A stretch of DNA of 64,000 nt from an uncultured delta proteobacterium (lineage in GTDB: Bacteria > Desulfobacterota > WTBG01 > CAIYCZ01). The stretch covers positions 1 through 64,000 of the forward strand of contig CAWDOY010000019.1 of assembly GCA_963803975.1 (NCBI GenBank), in the 5' to 3' direction. Both the position numbers and the translations under genes were made by a program. A model generated the notes under the pieces. It was not told the origin of the DNA. It saw nothing but the letters and a program-made list of their open reading frames with translations, and searched no databases. Of the stretch, positions 32,156 to 42,302 are shown piece by piece (the stretch's first letter is position 1; each line of letters opens with the position of its first letter).

Positions 32156-33721
32156 ATGCGCTTAAAACCATTATATGTATATATGCTGCTTCTGACAGGA
32201 ACAATGCTTTTTTGCAGCAGACTCAGTGCGGCTGAAACCGGCAAACAGGCAATAAATCCTCACTGGACCGGGAAGTACTGTGAGGAATGCCATACCAGTA
32301 AGAATCCCCAGCAGAAAAATGCGTTGCTTCAATTTGCCGGCGATCCCATTAAACTGTGCGACAGGTGCCATTCCCGGGCCTGTGTTACCGTACAGAGCCA
32401 CTCCATTGAGGTGCAGGTAAGCAAAGACATGGAGCGCAGGTTTCCCTCCGGATGGCCGCTTAACAAAGGGAACGTGAGCTGTCTTACCTGCCACGATGCG
32501 CTGCTGCAGATGCATGATGATTTCTCTGTGCAATGGATGAACCCGAACTTTCTGCGCGGGGCACCGTACAAAAAAAAGACAGATTTTTGTTTTATCTGTC
32601 ATCCGAAGGAACAGTTCCAGAAAACCAATCCCCACAAGCTGCTCGACGGCCAGGGAAAAATTATTCCGCAAAACTGTCTTGTCTGTCACAATACCGTGCC
32701 TGACCCGTCACGGCAAAGAGGCGCCGGCTCCGTCATGCTCAAGGAGCCGATCGCGTCGGTGTGCATCGGCTGCCATCCGGCGCACTTTGCAAGTCACGGG
32801 GCTGATAAAGGACAGCTGCAGGTATCAGCGGATATGCGCAGGGCGCTGGACAGAAGGGAGCGGGCTCAGCATGTTGATCTGCCTCTTTTAAATGACCGCA
32901 TCATGTGCGGCACCTGTCACAATCCCCATGAAAAGGGCGTGATGCAGACGGCTGCGGTGCAGAGCGGGGCAGGAGAGAAATATTTTCTGCGGATGAATGG
33001 CGGATATGAGCTGTGCGTGGCGTGTCATGATGAAAAGCAGGTGAAAGACCGGAGGCGCCAGGCGCAGCAGGCGCTGCAGGAAAATTTTAAGTCGACGCCG
33101 GATGTCCTGCTGTCACATAAACCGTTTGCAGAAAACAAGTGCAAGGCCTGTCACGAAGTGACATTGCAGCACCGGGAGAAGCCGGAAGCAGTCTATCTGT
33201 GCTTCAGGCAGGGCTGTCACAAGCCGGAGATGCTCAAAAAGCCATACCTGCATTATAAGCCGGTTGTTGGAAACTGCTATGCCTGTCATGAATCGCATGC
33301 CTCAGGCTATGGCAAGCTCCTCAGAGTGGACGAAGAAACGCAGTGCTACTCATGCCATCCGCTGTTTAATGATAAGAAGAGCAGGGATGTGCCTGACATT
33401 GACAAGAAGAGAAGCAATAAAGAGCACCGGGAATTTGCAGCATACCTGAAGACCAGTTCAGTGCCTGAGGGCAATGACTGCGGTTTCTGCCACAACATGA
33501 AGCACCGCACAAATATCGGCACCATGGCGCCGGGAGCCTGCTCCAGCTGCCATCTCTATGTCAGGGGTATACTGCAGGGAAGTGCCTCCCGGCCGCTGAA
33601 TGTGCACCAGACGTTTAAGGAGAAGCTCTGCTCGCAGTGCCACGATCCCCATGCGGGTACCTATAAATACCAGCTCAAGAAACCGCCTGAAACCTATCTT
33701 ATAAATGAACTAGATTTGTAA
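32156..33721 (+). CDS. secreted ~15-heme cytochrome c
   Basis: Signal peptide; INPHW..CEECH; 14 CxxCH + CFRQGCH. Confidence 0.9.
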   Translation: MRLKPLYVYMLLLTGTMLFCSRLSAAETGKQAINPHWTGKYCEECHTSKNPQQKNALLQFAGDPIKLCDRCHSRACVTVQSHSIEVQVSKDMERRFPSGWPLNKGNVSCLTCHDALLQMHDDFSVQWMNPNFLRGAPYKKKTDFCFICHPKEQFQKTNPHKLLDGQGKIIPQNCLVCHNTVPDPSRQRGAGSVMLKEPIASVCIGCHPAHFASHGADKGQLQVSADMRRALDRRERAQHVDLPLLNDRIMCGTCHNPHEKGVMQTAAVQSGAGEKYFLRMNGGYELCVACHDEKQVKDRRRQAQQALQENFKSTPDVLLSHKPFAENKCKACHEVTLQHREKPEAVYLCFRQGCHKPEMLKKPYLHYKPVVGNCYACHESHASGYGKLLRVDEETQCYSCHPLFNDKKSRDVPDIDKKRSNKEHREFAAYLKTSSVPEGNDCGFCHNMKHRTNIGTMAPGACSSCHLYVRGILQGSASRPLNVHQTFKEKLCSQCHDPHAGTYKYQLKKPPETYLINELDL

Positions 33722-33812
33722 TGTCGGGGAGTTAATCTGACCGATTATCTTCCAGGATTTGCTAAAAATGCACAGAGATATTCAACCGCGAAAAAACGAG
33801 CAGCCGATTTCT

Positions 33813-34575
33813 TTACTTTGAGATAGCAGCCTTGGCTTCCTTTGCTCCAAGAGCCAACAACTTAGCTGAAGTAGTTTCATCATACGGGTAAATATACGAG
33901 GATTTTTTCAAATAGGGGAATGGGTTCTGGATATTTATTGTGTTTTCGTCCCAGGTTATCTGCAGTCCTGCAGGCTGCGAGCCCCTCAAGCTCACGGCGG
34001 TAACGGTTGCAAACACCGCATCATCGCTCAACCCGACATCCATTAAAGCGTAAGGATGATACCGAGCATCTTTCTCCAGGTCTTTTCTCAGTCCGTAAGA
34101 GACCTTAATTCCGTCATGGTTTTGCCTTTCCATAATTTTGAGAAGGACCTGTAGTTTCTCACTATTGGCCAAAACATCATCGGATATAATGAATATACGT
34201 GACACCATAACCCCTCTTTCCACCGTCCGCACATTATCACGATAAAGATATTCGAGGGTTGTATTCCATCCGAAGACATAATGGTTCAGAGCCTCGTATT
34301 TTGATTTGGTTGACTTCAGCATCCGGATTAGTTCATGGATGGTCTCTTCTTCGTTGGTCGTGTTTAAATAATGTTTCAGCGAACCCGGAAAGGTCCTGTT
34401 CTATTGCGCTCAGTTTGTTGGCAGCGTAGGCGGGCAGAGTCGTTTTTTTGAGCTGCTCAATGCTGGCTGCCAAATTATTTTCTTCACCTATAGCGGGTGA
34501 GGCTGCTATGAAAAGCACACAGGGAAAAACTAAAGCGGCATAAAATATTTTTACATAGGTATCATAGATATTCAT
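33813..34575 (-). CDS. hypothetical secreted protein, frameshift near 34350
   Basis: GGAGG RBS and signal peptide (34333-34575) continuing into 33813-34322 (RGVMVSRIFI motif). Confidence 0.55.
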
Positions 34576-34756
34576 TAATTGGTCCTCCTTTGCAGTGTTT
34601 TGTTTTCCCCAGAGGGATGCTTCTTTTTTGGATATGGTTTGCGGGATACGTTAAGCACATTAAGGGTTAAGGGCCGATAGACGCTCCAGTTACCCCGTTA
34701 TTCAGCTGCTGCGTTAAATTAAAAAAGGGAAGGAGCAGATTACTGCACAAGAGGGA

Positions 34757-35995
34757 TTATTCCTCCTCCCAGAACGGCAGGAATTGGTTTAAAATATATA
34801 TGCATACAAACGGCATACAAAAAAGGAGTATGCAAACAAGTACCCCTTCTCTGCCGTAAAACTCAGGGTTGTAGCTGGTAAAACCCCGCAGGCTCTTGGA
34901 AAAGAGCTGCCCGCCAATAACAACATTCCAGCGCATGGAAAAAACCTGAATAAGCAGCAGAACTGCTGAGATTATACTGAAGCTGTTGCGCGTCTTATCC
35001 TTCAGCTTGGTGAGAGAAACGAGGCCCAGCAGCACAAAGGGAATAGTAGAGCAAATTATAAACTGCACCAGCACATAGCTGACCAGCAGCTTGTCGCTGA
35101 TAAGGTTTGCAAGAGTCATCCACGACTCTTCTCCTTCATAGGCCATACATAACAGTTCAAGCAGCTCCAGCACCACATCAATAATCAAAAATCCCCAAAG
35201 ATAGCTTGCCATTGATTGTATGCATGCGCCATCAAGCGGCCGGCCCTTCCTCCACATCTCAAATGCATACATCACTATAAGCATGGCAACACCGGAAACA
35301 ATGGCAGAAAGAAGGAAAATAATCGGCATCAGGGGCGTTGACCACCACGGGTTGGACTTGAGCGAGCCGAACAGAAATCCAACATATCCATGCAGCACGC
35401 ATGCTGAAGGAACTCCGATTGCTGCGAGCACGGTTATTATTTTATGATCCATGTGCAGCGATGCTTCAGAAACATCGTAGACACCGAGTGACAGCACTGA
35501 ATACAGTGCCCGTTTCCATGCAGGCACCGGTCTAACGGTTTGTAAAATATCCGGTCTGAATCTGGCATCGTGATTTCCCTCCTTTACAATATGATGCCGC
35601 GGTCCCGCACCTTTCTGCGCCATGCGTACAAAATACGGCCGGAACATGAACCATAGCTCGAGCATAACTATAATCATGTAGAAGGTATAAATATAGCCGA
35701 AGCCTGACATGGCGGAGGTGAATTTGGGAGTGAACATTATGTTAAACGCCCGTTCCGGATGACCCAGATGAAACAGCAGCGGCGTACAGGCAAAAATGAG
35801 AAAGCAGAAGGCGGCAATCAGGGCAAAGCGCGCTACCGGTTTGAGCTCGTGCTTGCCAAACACATGATACAGTGAGGAAACAATAAAAGCACCTGCAACC
35901 AGCCCCGTAATATAGGGGTACAGAACAATCATCAGGCTCCAGTGAACCTCGATTTCATTGGGAAACAAAAATCCCTGTGTTATAACTTCATGCAT
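34757..35995 (-). CDS. NrfD/PsrC-family membrane subunit (quinol oxidoreductase)
   Basis: IVLYPYITGLVAG, HLGHPERA, LHGYVGFLF, PWWSTPLMP, MRWNVVIGGQ; multiple TM helices. Confidence 0.9.
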   Translation of the reverse strand: MHEVITQGFLFPNEIEVHWSLMIVLYPYITGLVAGAFIVSSLYHVFGKHELKPVARFALIAAFCFLIFACTPLLFHLGHPERAFNIMFTPKFTSAMSGFGYIYTFYMIIVMLELWFMFRPYFVRMAQKGAGPRHHIVKEGNHDARFRPDILQTVRPVPAWKRALYSVLSLGVYDVSEASLHMDHKIITVLAAIGVPSACVLHGYVGFLFGSLKSNPWWSTPLMPIIFLLSAIVSGVAMLIVMYAFEMWRKGRPLDGACIQSMASYLWGFLIIDVVLELLELLCMAYEGEESWMTLANLISDKLLVSYVLVQFIICSTIPFVLLGLVSLTKLKDKTRNSFSIISAVLLLIQVFSMRWNVVIGGQLFSKSLRGFTSYNPEFYGREGVLVCILLFCMPFVCIYILNQFLPFWEEE

Positions 35996-36750
35996 TATCG
36001 CACCTCTTCAGCCAGCCCAACATACGATGTCCTGGGTTCGTTGCCAAGATCCGGTTTCAGCACATTGACGCGCTCTTTGGTGAAGATCTTAATCAAGGGG
36101 CTATCCGGGTCGTTTAAATTGCCAAACAAACGTGCTTTAGCAGGGCAGACAAGAACACATGCAGGGGTGAGCCCCCTTTTTACCCGGTGATAACACCAGG
36201 TGCATTTATCAGCAGTTTTTTTAACCGGGTTTATAAATCTGGCGCCGTACGGACACGCCTGCACACAATAGCTGCAGCCGACACAATGCTGTTCATCAAC
36301 CAGCACCACGCCTTCAGGGGATACATAGGTTGCACCGACCGGGCATACCTGCACGCAGTTGGGGCGTGCGCAATGATTGCAGAGCTTGGGAACAAAATAA
36401 GCTTTTTTGATGATGCCGGGCACATCTCGTGGTGGAAAGCCATTGCATCCGCCGTCTGGAGAGTCCACATGCACCGCACCATCGGCAGTGACCAGGTAGC
36501 GTTCCACCCAGGTGCGGAAACAACTATCAGGAACATGATTTTCAATCTTGCACGCTTCAACGCACTTGCCGCAGCCGATACATTTAAACGTATTTACCAC
36601 AAAACCATATACCGGTGTCGATGAACCGAGCGGGGGCAACTGACTGGCCTTAGCAATCCCCGGGGAAAACTGTCCGATAGAGATGAACACCCCGCCACCA
36701 AGAAGAGTGCATCCAACCTGTTTCAGAAATTGCCTGCGATCAATGTCCAC
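35995..36750 (-). CDS. Tat-exported 4Fe-4S dicluster protein (NrfC/PsrB-like)
   Basis: DRRQFLK Tat motif; CIGCGKCVEAC, CNHC..PNCVQVCP, CVGCSYCVQACP, KCTWC...CVLVCP. Confidence 0.92.
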   Translation of the reverse strand: MDIDRRQFLKQVGCTLLGGGVFISIGQFSPGIAKASQLPPLGSSTPVYGFVVNTFKCIGCGKCVEACKIENHVPDSCFRTWVERYLVTADGAVHVDSPDGGCNGFPPRDVPGIIKKAYFVPKLCNHCARPNCVQVCPVGATYVSPEGVVLVDEQHCVGCSYCVQACPYGARFINPVKKTADKCTWCYHRVKRGLTPACVLVCPAKARLFGNLNDPDSPLIKIFTKERVNVLKPDLGNEPRTSYVGLAEEVR

Positions 36751-36753
36751 GTA

Positions 36754-37353
36754 TTAGCCTCTGGTTATTTTTAAAATATGTGGGATGGTAACTTTAGGGT
36801 TTCCCGGAGCATGGGGGTTATGACAGTCAATGCAGAGCGGATAATATCGGGTAAATTCTGACAGTTCTTTCATGTTACTAATAAATTCATTTAACCTGGA
36901 TAAGTCTTCGGGATTGGAAAACCCGTGTTTTAAAGACCATTTGATATGAAGATTAAAATCTTGTATCTGGGGAATGTTATCAGGGCGTGACTCCTGGTAT
37001 TGATGGCATCTGAGGCATAATTGCAATGATAAATCTTTAGGGACTCTTATTTTAGTGTCTTCACTGTGTGCTTGCAGGAAACCATGGCAGGTTTCACATG
37101 CAATATCAGCATGACCCCCGCGTATCATTACATACTTCCTCATCTCGTGGCAATCCGCACACTTTTCAGTACCCTGGTAGACTACCGGTATGCTTTCCTG
37201 CTCTTTCAGTGCATCAGCCCGGTAATACATGTATTTATAATCACCATGAAGCCCAAAGGACGGTGGGATAAGAAAGCTTCGCACTGCGATGAAGCCGGCC
37301 ATCGCAAGCACTATAAGGATACATAAGCGCAATATATATCTATAGCGACCCAT
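36754..37353 (-). CDS. membrane-anchored tetraheme cytochrome c
   Basis: N-terminal TM, PPSFG..G.YRA, CADCH, CETCH, CLRCH, CIDCHNPH. Confidence 0.85.
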   Translation of the reverse strand: MGRYRYILRLCILIVLAMAGFIAVRSFLIPPSFGLHGDYKYMYYRADALKEQESIPVVYQGTEKCADCHEMRKYVMIRGGHADIACETCHGFLQAHSEDTKIRVPKDLSLQLCLRCHQYQESRPDNIPQIQDFNLHIKWSLKHGFSNPEDLSRLNEFISNMKELSEFTRYYPLCIDCHNPHAPGNPKVTIPHILKITRG

Positions 37354-37609
37354 CTTTTCTTTTTACTGCTGTGTTTTAAAGGAGAAATGCTTGTTGCTGG
37401 TGAGGTATGTCAGCAGACTGCACTATACAGCAGCTGCCTTAAATACGTATACTAATCGAGGCTGTAGAGAAATGAAGGTGACTATTCAGTCCAGGAACAT
37501 AACAGTATGAGGTTCTGGATGGCGGTTTCGACACCGTGTTTTTATTAATGAATAACGTATAGCATCAGACAGGTACTTTGTGAAGGGGAAAACTGATTTA
37601 TTTATTGTG

Positions 37610-38287
37610 TTACTCCGGCAGACTTTCATCACGCACGCTGCCCACCTCACGGAGCGCGTTGTCAAGCTCCTCGTTGTCAAGAATCTTTTCAAGCGCCAGG
37701 GACAGGGCGTTGTTTATCTGCTCCTGCATGCCTTCCTGGGTGCAGCGGAAATGCTTGAGCGCAGAGGTGCTCTCAAGCGTGGTCGTATGCAATATCTTGC
37801 CCCGCTGGCTGTCGGCAAATACCAGCCGCAGTTTTACTTTTGCCGCGTAGTTAGTGGCGGGCTGATCAGCATTGCAGGTGACTTCAAGTTCCTCAACACG
37901 GCCGCCGATAACCAGTGCTCCCCAGGATTTGCTGATACTGTTTTCCTGCAAGTCCCACGCAGGTATTTCACCCGTGACCGGGTAACCAGCCCGGATTAAA
38001 AAATCCCGTAACGTCCCCGCAACAGCCGCGGACGGTTCTTCCTGAGCGCACCGGGCTACAATATCCCTGCCGTTGCCCGCAACTCTTTCTCCGATGACTG
38101 CTTTATTGTCAGTGGTGCGGGCATCAGTGAACATGGTTACGGTTATAGAATATTTCTGCAGCTGGCTTCCGGCTTGCGGGACATGTTTTTGCGGCACATA
38201 CCGGATGTCAATGATATATTCAGAAACCCGCGCGCAGGACGATATGACAGCGATCGTCAATAGGCAGCAGAACATATTAATTCGCAT
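37610..38287 (-). CDS. lipoprotein, YajG-like
   Basis: AGGGAGA RBS; signal peptide ending ISS-C; FTDAR motif; alpha/beta pattern. Confidence 0.6.
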   Translation of the reverse strand: MRINMFCCLLTIAVISSCARVSEYIIDIRYVPQKHVPQAGSQLQKYSITVTMFTDARTTDNKAVIGERVAGNGRDIVARCAQEEPSAAVAGTLRDFLIRAGYPVTGEIPAWDLQENSISKSWGALVIGGRVEELEVTCNADQPATNYAAKVKLRLVFADSQRGKILHTTTLESTSALKHFRCTQEGMQEQINNALSLALEKILDNEELDNALREVGSVRDESLPE

Positions 38288-38527
38288 ACGGTTTCTCCCT
38301 GACAACTGAAACAAGGTGCAGCGCAACAGCTGCACCGGGTAAACGGTAACGAGGCAATGATTATTTTGCCTGAGCGTGTTTCCATTATTGACAAAATTAC
38401 GCTCACAGCAGTAAGTTTGCACTATTATTACATAGATGCGGTTAAGAAGTAAATACCAGACAACCTGTCGAAACAGTATGTTGCATAACCGTGAGGTTCA
38501 CTGTTCGAAAAAAGAGGGAGGAATGCC

Positions 38528-38827
38528 ATGGAAAATATTACAGCGTGTTACATCAGCCGGGTCGAGAAGAACGTGGTGTGGGCAAAGTTAAAAGAAATAA
38601 TCATCATTATTGCCATCAAGCAGGCAGAGGAGAAAGTGTTTAAGCTGAATAAAACCGCCTCCTACCTCTGGGAGCACTGTGACGGAAAGAAAACGGCAGC
38701 AGAACTTATTAAGAAGTTATGCGCGGAATTTGACGTTGATGAAGCTACGGCGCTTAAAGATGCCCTCGAATTCATAGAAAAAATGCAGAATAAGCAGCTT
38801 CTTTCTCTTTCAACAGTTCCGGAATGA
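38528..38827 (+). CDS. PqqD-family / RiPP recognition element protein
   Basis: GGAGG RBS; VFKLNKTASYLWEHCDGKKT..ELIKKLCAEFDVD...KDALEFIEKM. Confidence 0.88.
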   Translation: MENITACYISRVEKNVVWAKLKEIIIIIAIKQAEEKVFKLNKTASYLWEHCDGKKTAAELIKKLCAEFDVDEATALKDALEFIEKMQNKQLLSLSTVPE

Positions 38828-39035
38828 ATCACAGAAAATAGCGACCGCGCAGGAATCTTGGCACTACTGGGGAGTATGAGCGTAGATTTGAAAGACCCGG
38901 AGGGCGCCATTATGGCGCTTCAATATATCGAAAGTATTGATTCTAATCATAGTGCACTAACTTTCTTGCGGAATGCATTATCTACCCTTGGTGAAGATTA
39001 AACGCTGAACATTAATAATCAAAAGCTCATCTTCG

Positions 39036-42000
39036 ATGTGTGGTTTTAATTTATATACCAGCAACCGTCTTGAAATTCTTGCCGACAAACTCGCTGAGGT
39101 TGTCTGCAAAGCCCCTCTCATCACCCCTGACCCCTGAAATAATAATCGTCCAGAGCTTCGGCATGCAGCAGTGGATATCACTTGAGCTTGCAAAGCGCTT
39201 CGGTATTTGGACTAACTGCCGCTATCCATTCCCCAATGCGTACCTGCAGGAAATATTCGATCTGCTCATCCCTGATAGGCCTGATGCATCTATATTTGAC
39301 CGGGACGTGATGACCTGGCGGATTATGCAACTGCTGCCGCAGTGTATTGACAGTCCCGGCTTTGAACCCCTCAAAACCTATCTTGAAGATGATGCCGGGT
39401 ATTTCAGAACCTGGCAGCTTTCACGACAGATTGCCAACCTGTTTGATCAGTATTGTATTTACCGGCCGAAAATGATTCTCAGGTGGGAGGCGGGAAACGG
39501 CAGCGGCTGGCAGTCAGAGCTGTGGCGACTGTTGACCCGGAGTCAGCCGTCAGGCGCATAAAGCAGCCGTCCGGAGGGATTTTTTAGAGCGCTCCAGGAT
39601 TCCCGGCACGAGTGCATCGCAAAGATTCCTCAGCGCATAGCGGTATTCGGCATTTCTACGCTCCCGCCGTTTCATCTCGAAGTGTTTGCGGCGCTTGCAG
39701 AGCACTGCGAGGTGAATTTATTTTTAATGAATCCATCGCAGGAATACTGGGCGGAAATTAAATCAGAGTATGAAATAACCAGGGCGCTGCGCAAAGAGGG
39801 ACGCCCGTATCCAGCCGCAGATGATCTCCATCTGGAAACGGGAAACAGTTTACTTGCCTCAATGGGTAAGCTGGGGCGGGATTTTCTCGGCATAATTCTC
39901 GATTACAATCCTGAGATATATACCTTCTTTGAGGAGCCGACAGGAAACTCGCTGCTGCATGCAATCCAGTCTGATATTCTGAACATGGTTGACCGGGGAG
40001 CTGTGCATGAAGAGCGCGCTCAGCAGCTGCAACGCACTGAAGAAGAGATGCGCGCAGACAATTCTGTCAGCATCCACTCCTGTCACAGTCCCATGCGTGA
40101 AGTTGAAGTGCTCTATGACTTTCTGCTTGATGTGTTCAATCAGGATCCCGCCCTGCAACCCCGCGATATTCTGGTGATGACACCGGATATTGAGACGTAT
40201 GCGCCGTTTGTCCGTGCAGTTTTTGATGCCCCGGGTGAAGAAGCCCAGCGCATACCCTATGCAATAGCTGATCAGACAATACGCCGTCAAAGTACCCTGG
40301 TTAAAACCTATTGCGCCATTCTTGAGCTTGGAAAGAGCAGATTCAGCGTCTCCCGTGTGCTTGATATCCTTGCGTGTCCCGCTGTCCAGCGCTGCTTCAA
40401 CATGACGCCCCCTGACCTGGATCTAATCCATGGGTGGATCAGGGAAACGCGTGTCTGCTGGGGAAAGACGCCGCGCACCGCGGAACGCTGGGGCTTCCGG
40501 AAATCAAACACAATACCTGGCAGGCCGGCATTGAGCGGCTGCTGCTCGGCTATGCCATGCCGGGCAGGGAGGAGCGCCTGTTTTCCGGTATCCTCCCGTA
40601 TGACAATATTGAAGGCAGCGAAGCGCAGGTGCTGGGAAATTTCCTGACGTTCCTTGATACACTGTTCAGCTTGACCATCTCAGGCGAAGCTTCCCTGACG
40701 CTTGGGCAGTGGCAGGAAAAACTCCTGCTGCTCCTTGATGCATTGTTTGTCTCCGATGAAGATTCAGCGTACGACCTGCAAGCCCTGCGCACTATCATTG
40801 GGCGCCTTGGCATGCTTGAGAAACAGGCCGGCTTTACTGAAATGATCGGCCTTGATGTGGTCACGTCATGGCTTGAGCATGCTTTGCAGGAGCAGTATAC
40901 CGGCAGGAGTTTTTTGACCGGGCAGGTGACCTTTAGCGCCATGCTGCCGATGCGGAGCATTCCGTTCCGGGTGATTTGCATGATCGGCATGAATGACGCG
41001 GCTTTCCCGCGCAAAACTTCTGCAGTCAGCTTTGATCTGATCGCCCGGTATCCCCGGCGCGGTGACCGGTCTCTGCGCAGCGACGACCGGTACCTGTTTC
41101 TTGAAGCGATGATGTCAGCGCGGGAAAAGCTCTATATCAGTTATGTCGGACAGGGGATCCAGGATAACAGTGAGGTGCCGCCATCTGTTTTAGTGAGTGA
41201 ACTTCTTGACTATATCGCACAGGGCTATGAGATACCGGGGAAAAAGATCAATGATTATCTGGTGATCAGACACCGCCTGCAGGCATTCAGTCCGCGCTAT
41301 TTTGAACCGCAGGGAGCGCTATACAGCTATTCGCAGGAGAATTGTGATGCGAGCAGGGCCCTGCTTGAAGAACGCCGGGAGCCGTCTCTGTTTATAACGA
41401 ATGAGCTTTCTGCTCCGGAAACGGAAAATAAAATAATAACGGTTCAGGATCTAACCAGATTTTTTGATAATCCGGCAAAACATCTGCTCAATAGAGCCCT
41501 TGGACTCTATCTCGGGGAGAGAGACGCTGCGCTTGCAGAGCGCGAGCCTTTTGAACTGGCCGGCCTTGATAAATACCAGATCGAGCAGCGGCTCTGCGAG
41601 CGATATATCGCAGGTCAGGATGTGACATTGGTACACCGCGCAGCAGCTGCCGCGGGATTGCTTCCACTCGGCGCCCCGGGCGACGGTGCCATGCAGGCCT
41701 TAATGCCGCAGATCAAGAAATTTGCCGAAACAATTAAGACCATATATGCAGGGAGAGCAGTGCCCCCCGGTTGGCGTAATCTGCCGAGTGCAACGGGTAT
41801 TCCATAATCGGAACGATTCAAGATGTCTGGCCGGACAAGCTGCTGCGCTATCGCTGCGCAACCGTGAAGGCCAAAGACCGCCTCAGAATATGGCTGCAGC
41901 ATCTTATTCTCAACGCGGGCGCGTCTGATGCTGTCCCCAGAAAAAGCATACTCATCGGTACTGATGGCGCCTGGGAAACTAGAGCCGCTGGGTGCCTATC

Positions 42001-42302
42001 GCCCGCCAGCTGCTTGAAAAGCTGGTGGCGATTGTATCATCAGGGGCTTCGCAGAGCGCTGCACTTTTTCCCGGAAAGTTCATTGGCCTATGCTGAGTCA
42101 ATAGAGAAGGGAAAGACGCCGGATGAAGCGTTACACACTGCCCGCACTACCTGGGAGGGCAATGACTTTGCCCCCGGCGAAGGCAGAGATCCTTATTATA
42201 CCCTCTGTTTTAGCGGAACTGATCCGTTCAACAAAGAGTTCGAAACACTGTCCCGGGAAATCTTTGAGCCTCTTATGCACATATCAGAAACAGGTTGCAT
42301 GA
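39036..42302 (+). CDS. recC: exodeoxyribonuclease V gamma subunit, several frameshifts
   Basis: LYTSNRLEIL, EIIIVQSFGMQQW, FDQYCIYRP, NPSQEYW, HSCHSPMREVEVL, PMRSIPFRVIC, DDRYLFLEA, HRLQAFSPRYF. Confidence 0.9.

Noticed and set aside
38825..38875. Selenocysteine read-through of the PqqD TGA
   Set aside because: No convincing SECIS hairpin follows, the TGA is at the normal end of a PqqD domain, and it is not at a Cys-equivalent position.
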